Positions 59,085-64,000 of a DNA stretch of 64,000 bases are shown in pieces. Where the stretch lies: positions 49,533-113,532 of the forward strand of contig JBBSKN010000001.1 in NCBI GenBank assembly GCA_038256265.1, written 5' to 3'. Numbering within the stretch: the first letter of the stretch is position 1; every line of letters starts with the position of its first letter. The DNA is from Phormidesmidales cyanobacterium. Its GTDB lineage: Bacteria > Cyanobacteriota > Cyanobacteriia > Phormidesmidales > Phormidesmidaceae. The notes beneath the pieces were generated by a model, which was not told the DNA's origin, did not search any database, and saw nothing but the letters and a program-made list of their open reading frames with translations. Both the position numbers and the translations under genes were made by a program.

Positions 59085-61181
59085 CTAATTCTCTGTCTCA
59101 GCGGGCAGGTTCCATCGCGCCAGCACATGCTCGGTACCCCCAATAGTGATGATGTGCCCATTGGGCTGCACCGCAAAGCGCCAAATGTCGGTATCAAAGC
59201 CAGTTAGGGTTTCAACATGTCTATTTTCCTTTAAATCCCAGACGCGAATGGTCTGGGCTGCGTCAGAACTCCACAGGCGCGAGCCGTCGATTCTGACATC
59301 GTTGACGTAGCTCTGGTGGCCCCTGAGAATGGCTTTGGGGTTTTGGTCGACCATGTTCCACAGCCTCACAGTTTGGTCGCTCGACGCGCTGACCAGAGTG
59401 AGGTTGTCTTCGCTAATATCAAGCCGGTTGATGAAAGTTAGTGGCTCATGGCCTTCTAATGTAATCGGCTGACTAAGATCGTTCATCGTCCACACCTGAA
59501 GACTTTTACCGCCGCTGACCAAATAACTGTCGTCGCGGGTAAACCGCAGATCGTTGACGGTGCCATCGGCCTGAAGCGCAAGACTGGGTGCAACGTTCTC
59601 AAGATTCTGTGGATCGATCCGGCGGCTATTCTGGTCGGTCAAGTCCCAGAAATAAATGTTGCCACCGCTGTCGGCACTGATCAGCAGTCGACCATTGTTG
59701 CTCACCTCTAGGGCGTTAATCGGCAGCGGGTGTGCATCCACAATAGTGGCCCGAGGTTGGCCGTCGGCCATAGCCCAAAACCGAATCGTGCGATCATCTC
59801 CAGCGGTGATCAAAATTTCTTGGTCAGTGGTCATCGCCAGGGCTTTGACCACATTGGTGTGGTCGCGGAGAATGCGGAGGGCACGCTCCTCTTCTAAATC
59901 CCAAAATCGCACGGTCTGATCAGAGCTGGCGGTTACTAGGGTGCGACCATCCTTAAGCAGCATCATGGCCAGCACGTCGGCGGTGTGCCCCGCTAGAGTG
60001 CCCAAGGGCTGCACGGTAATCTGGGGCACGGTCTCTGTCACCGCCATTTCTGACACCGATTCGGTGAGGGGGCGAGTCAAGGCATACCAGCCTAAGGGCA
60101 CCGCCAGTGCCAGCCCGGTTAGCCCTGCCAGCAGCCAGGGGCGCCGATCAAACCAAGGGGGCAAAAAGCTGCGGACAGGGTCGGATTGGGTTTTGCCCTC
60201 GCTGGGGTTGAGGGTAGTCTCAACCCAGGATTCAGCACTGGCTGCTTGGGGGGGTAGCCTAGAGACTTGACGCGACCGCACTTGCGCCAGGCGTTCTAAA
60301 ATCGATGCCGTTGTCTGGGGCCGATTGGCCGCCGCTGGGGCAATCAGGTCGTCGACCAAATCAGCCAGGGGAGCTGAAATTTGCGGGGCCAAAGACCGCC
60401 ATAAAAAGGCATTGGTGCGAGAGTTATAGATGGCTGAGTCGTTGGGCAGCTTAGCCGTCATGAGATAGATCAGCGTGCGGCCTAAGGCATAGAAGTCTGA
60501 CTGGGGCACCGCCTGACCCTGCTCTTGCTCGGGGGGCGTGTAGCCCGCCGAACTCACCGTGGTAATGCCGCTGTCGCCCAGGTTAGCCATGTAGGTCTGG
60601 GTCACCTCGCGGGCGGCCCCAAAATCGACCAGCACCAGCTGCCCCGACGGGCGCAGCATAATATTCTCGGGCTTGATGTCGCGGTGAAAGTAGTTGTGCC
60701 CATGAACCAGATCCAGCACATCAGTTAGCTGGGTCATCCACAGCATGGCCTGCTTTTCGCTGATCGGGTGGTTGCCCTGCTGCACCATCCACTGCTTGAG
60801 GTTGGGGCCATCGATCTTTTCCATCACCAGGCAGTGCGACGGCTCGGTGCTGCCAGCGGGGTAGTGCAGAAAATAGCCCTCGGTCTCGACTCGGGGCACC
60901 CCTGGATGGTTGAGCTGGCTGAGCACCTGGGCCTCGCGGCGAAACAGCTCGACCACCTTGGCGTTGGCGTTGTAGCCCTCTTTAAGCACCTTAAGAATTT
61001 TGGGAATATTGCGCTCGTAGGCCTCGTACACCCGGCCAAAGCCGCTATCGCTGCTGATCAAACGCATCACCCGATAGCGCCCCTGCAATACCAGGGCAGA
61101 TCCACAGGTAGCGCAAGCATCCCTCCCCCCGTTGTCAGGATGGTTGGGCTGCGGGCAAACCGGGTTTATACAAAGACTCAT
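59085..61181 (-). CDS. Ser/Thr kinase with N-terminal 4-Cys motif and C-terminal WD40 repeats
   Basis: CINPVC...CATC; HRDIKPEN; VDFG; repeated GH...S.D.T...WD units. Confidence 0.93.
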   Translation of the reverse strand: MSLCINPVCPQPNHPDNGGRDACATCGSALVLQGRYRVMRLISSDSGFGRVYEAYERNIPKILKVLKEGYNANAKVVELFRREAQVLSQLNHPGVPRVETEGYFLHYPAGSTEPSHCLVMEKIDGPNLKQWMVQQGNHPISEKQAMLWMTQLTDVLDLVHGHNYFHRDIKPENIMLRPSGQLVLVDFGAAREVTQTYMANLGDSGITTVSSAGYTPPEQEQGQAVPQSDFYALGRTLIYLMTAKLPNDSAIYNSRTNAFLWRSLAPQISAPLADLVDDLIAPAAANRPQTTASILERLAQVRSRQVSRLPPQAASAESWVETTLNPSEGKTQSDPVRSFLPPWFDRRPWLLAGLTGLALAVPLGWYALTRPLTESVSEMAVTETVPQITVQPLGTLAGHTADVLAMMLLKDGRTLVTASSDQTVRFWDLEEERALRILRDHTNVVKALAMTTDQEILITAGDDRTIRFWAMADGQPRATIVDAHPLPINALEVSNNGRLLISADSGGNIYFWDLTDQNSRRIDPQNLENVAPSLALQADGTVNDLRFTRDDSYLVSGGKSLQVWTMNDLSQPITLEGHEPLTFINRLDISEDNLTLVSASSDQTVRLWNMVDQNPKAILRGHQSYVNDVRIDGSRLWSSDAAQTIRVWDLKENRHVETLTGFDTDIWRFAVQPNGHIITIGGTEHVLARWNLPAETEN

Positions 61182-61291
61182 AACCAACCGTAGAATGCAT
61201 TCCCCTGTGTGTTTCAGTGTTCCACGGAATGCAGGCGATTTATCTCAGCCCCAGGGCTTTCTTTGCAATTGCTCAACCGGCAGGCCCAGAT

Positions 61292-62422
61292 TTACCAGCC
61301 ACCACTGGCCCCACCTCCCGACGAGCTGCCGCCGCCGCTCGACGAGCTACCGCCGCCGGATGAGCTGCTGCTGCCAGATGAGCTGTGGCTAGAAGAACTG
61401 CGCTCCAGTCGAGGCAGGTGCACGGTTTTCTCATCGGTGTGGTTGCAATGGCGGCAGCAGCGCTCGGCGATCGCCTCCCCCGATGAGCTGTAGGTGGCCG
61501 CCCTCACAGTGGTCTGTTTCACGGTTTGGAGGGTTTTAAAGCGGCAGCTGGGGCAGGCGCTAAAGGAGCTAATCGGGTTAGCGAATTGTCGGTTGGTGTG
61601 TTTACGGCACTGGGGGCACTCTAAAACGCTATGGAACACTGATTTCAGCTCCAGCTCTAGAATTTGCCCCGCATCGAGGTGGGCTTTGGCGGCGGTTTCG
61701 CTCAGGTTGGTCATTTGCACTTGGCACAGCTCGCACTTGGGTCGCCAGAGGTTGCGCAGTAGCTTAAAAGCCGCGATCGCACCGCCGCCCAAAACCAGCG
61801 CCCCCGCCCCAGCCATCAATCCCTGCCTCGGCAGACTTTCCAGGGTAGAAGGGGGTGGGCCAGTGAGCTGGCGAATCATTGCCTGGCTACCGTTATATAG
61901 CCCAGCGCTATAGTTAGACTCGCGGAAACGGGGCAGCATGTATTCGTCGATCACCAGCTGCATGCGGGCGTCGTAGGCGCGGCTGTAGCCTCGGCCCAGC
62001 TCAATGCGCACCGTCCGATCACCTTCCGAAAACAGCACCAGCACGCCGTCGTTGCGCTGGGCATCGCCCAGGCCCCAGGTGTTAAAGAGACTAGTGGCAA
62101 AGGCCTCAAAACTGCGATCGCCCGTGCCATACATCCCGGTCGAGGGCACCGTCACCACCACCGCCTCAATGCCGTTGGTAGCCCGCAGCTGCTCCAGCAG
62201 CTCCCGCAGTCGGGCTTTGTCGGCAGGCAGCAAAATACCGCCGTAGTCATTAATAGTGGGGTCAAGGCGCTGGGGGTAACCGGTCTGGGCGGTCTGGGCG
62301 ATCGCTGCGGGCGATCGCACCGCCAGTACAGCCCCCGGCCCCAGCAGCAGGGCGGCGCAAGCTGCCCCAATCAAAAGGGGGCCAAGGCGGCGAGCAGATC
62401 GGCCTCGACTCTGATTTGCCAT
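61292..62422 (-). CDS. TPM domain protein with TM helix, four CxxC motifs and Gly/Ser tail
   Basis: INDYGGIL...LFNTWGLG...DGVLVL...RIELGRG; CELC, CPQC, CPSC, CRHC; SGGGASGGW. Confidence 0.85.
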   Translation of the reverse strand: MANQSRGRSARRLGPLLIGAACAALLLGPGAVLAVRSPAAIAQTAQTGYPQRLDPTINDYGGILLPADKARLRELLEQLRATNGIEAVVVTVPSTGMYGTGDRSFEAFATSLFNTWGLGDAQRNDGVLVLFSEGDRTVRIELGRGYSRAYDARMQLVIDEYMLPRFRESNYSAGLYNGSQAMIRQLTGPPPSTLESLPRQGLMAGAGALVLGGGAIAAFKLLRNLWRPKCELCQVQMTNLSETAAKAHLDAGQILELELKSVFHSVLECPQCRKHTNRQFANPISSFSACPSCRFKTLQTVKQTTVRAATYSSSGEAIAERCCRHCNHTDEKTVHLPRLERSSSSHSSSGSSSSSGGGSSSSGGGSSSGGGASGGW

Positions 62423-62588
62423 GGTAATCTCCTGTGGTGCGGTGCCAGGGCTTGGAACTGTGCCTAACCCCAACATGCCCACCTAGCCGAATGGCCTAGG
62501 CAAAAGGGCACAACCTGTAACTTCAGTACCGCCGCGACCGATTCCCTACGGGAATGGCTAAAGGTGATGGCTGGCGACGGGCAGTCGG

Positions 62589-63491
62589 TCAGAGGGTGTC
62601 GACGGGAGGTGCCGCCAGCGGGCGACGCTGAAACAACGAGGCCCCAGCCGCAGCTACCATTACCAAGGCGATCGCCCCCACCATTGCGGGGCTCAACGCC
62701 TCTTTCAGCCACACAAAGCTGATGACGGCTGCGATCACCGGTTCCAGGCTCATCAGCACCCCAAACACATTCACTGGCATGCGCCGCAGAGCGGTCATCT
62801 CTAGGGAATAGGGCAGGGTCGAGGCCAGCAGCGCCACCCCCAGCCCCAACAGCAAAATATTGGGCAACAGGAGCGATCGCCCCTCGGCCAGCACCCCCAC
62901 CGGCAGCAGCAGCAGCGCCCCCACCGCCATCGACAGGGCCAGCCCCTCACCGCCGCGAAACACTCGCCCCATGCGAGCCGAGAGCACAATATACGCCCCC
63001 CAGGCCACCCCAGCCAGCAGCGCAAATACCACTCCTAGGGTATCGAGCGCTGGAGTGTTAAGGGGCGACAGCAGCACAATGCCCACCCCCGCCAGCGCTA
63101 CCCACAGCCCGTCGAGCCAGCGGCGCGAGTGCAGCAGGGCCACGGTCAGCGGCCCCGAAAACTCCAGCGCCACCGCCACCCCGATGGGAATGCGGGCGAT
63201 CGCGCAGTAAAACAGCGCATTCATTACCGCTAGGGACAGGCCAAAGGCCACCAGTAGTCGGTAGTCTTGGGGGCTGTGGCCTCGCCAGCGGGGGCGACAC
63301 CAGGCCACCAGCACCACCGCCGACAGCCCCACCCGCAGCAGCACGATCCCCAGCGGCCCCACCTGGCCAAACAGGCTTTTAGCCAGGGTCGAGCCCAGCT
63401 GGGTTGAGGTGATCGCAGCCATTACCAACCACGAGGCCGGGGGCGTAAACGCAGGCAGCAGCGGCTTGGGCAGCAAAGAATTGGGCGACAA
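62589..63491 (-). CDS. EamA/DMT transporter (RhtA-like)
   Basis: STQLGSTLAKSLF, PIGVAVALEFSGP, LPYSLEM, LMSLEP; start uncertain (TTG 63491 or ATG 63422). Confidence 0.88.
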   Translation of the reverse strand: MSPNSLLPKPLLPAFTPPASWLVMAAITSTQLGSTLAKSLFGQVGPLGIVLLRVGLSAVVLVAWCRPRWRGHSPQDYRLLVAFGLSLAVMNALFYCAIARIPIGVAVALEFSGPLTVALLHSRRWLDGLWVALAGVGIVLLSPLNTPALDTLGVVFALLAGVAWGAYIVLSARMGRVFRGGEGLALSMAVGALLLLPVGVLAEGRSLLLPNILLLGLGVALLASTLPYSLEMTALRRMPVNVFGVLMSLEPVIAAVISFVWLKEALSPAMVGAIALVMVAAAGASLFQRRPLAAPPVDTL

Positions 63492-63583
63492 GACACCATT
63501 CCAACAACGACAGCCCTTCAACTTTAGCGCCCACGGTCGAGGGCACCTAACGACAGCGCCGATGGCGAACCGGATTAATGGAT

Positions 63584-63645
63584 AGGGTTCGCGGTGTACG
63601 GTGCACGGCCTGCCTCGAACCGTGTACCGTACACCGCAAACCGTT
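63584..63645. repeat. Inverted heptamer (STRR-like) array
   Basis: GCGGTGT ACGGTGC ACGG then CCGTGTA CCGTACA CCGCAAA. Confidence 0.75.
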
Positions 63646-63769
63646 CCTCCCAAGCCGGATTGCCCTACCCCTAGGGAGGCTGGTTTTGGCTATGATCCGC
63701 CTTAGACTGGTGACATTCGCCTTCATATTCACCCCGACACTTGGCCCTAGGGCTGTAGCTTTTCCCAGG

Positions 63770-64000
63770 ATGTTCTCTATGCTCGCCTTCCTAGACCTCG
63801 CCCCCGCTGTGCCGCCCCCGACCCAGGGCCTCTCTGGGTTTTACCATCAGGTTACCCAATGGCTGTCTAGCCTGGTCAACAGCGTCAGCGGCAAGCTGGC
63901 TCCGCTCAGCCACAGCATCGCCAGCTTGCCGGCGCAGATGACCGCCGCACCGCAAGTCTCGGAGGTTTGGCATCTGGCGCTGTACGGGCTGCTGGTATTG
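63770..64000 (+). CDS. Partial membrane protein (5' part only)
   Basis: Open frame MFSMLAFLDLAP...EVWHLALYGLLVL to the window end, finishing in the start of a hydrophobic helix. Confidence 0.45.
   Translation, partial: MFSMLAFLDLAPAVPPPTQGLSGFYHQVTQWLSSLVNSVSGKLAPLSHSIASLPAQMTAAPQVSEVWHLALYGLLVL

Overview
GC-rich cyanobacterial chromosomal segment with many HIP1 (GCGATCGC) octamers; gene content and repeat style suggest a Nodosilinea/Leptolyngbya-like filamentous strain (inference). It is mostly housekeeping DNA: tRNA-Pro, purU, dxr, mrdA, msrA, pheS, surE, ribF, mltA, cobI, cysK, rsmI, leuD, amt, aspS, trmD, cphB, two Ser/Thr kinases, and RND and ABC exporters. I found no CRISPR array, rRNA, integrase or intact transposase. 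Main unexplained signal: a ~70-nt intergenic element with inverted 10-bp arms (CCAAGTCCAG...CTGGACYTGG) around a conserved 37-39 nt core. It has four clear copies (779, 13733, 23853, 58094; about 75-85% identical) plus degenerate traces, and in one orientation each clear copy lies upstream of a same-strand gene. Other highlights: a MerR regulator broken by an amber codon that lies inside a perfect 16-bp palindrome, next to its intact operator and RND pump; a protein with a degenerate MazG-like N-terminus and KGK-like repeats beside an orphan GvpL/F gene; an internally deleted M42 peptidase pseudogene; an xisH/xisI remnant; a perfect 25-bp hairpin; and several families of small dispersed repeats.
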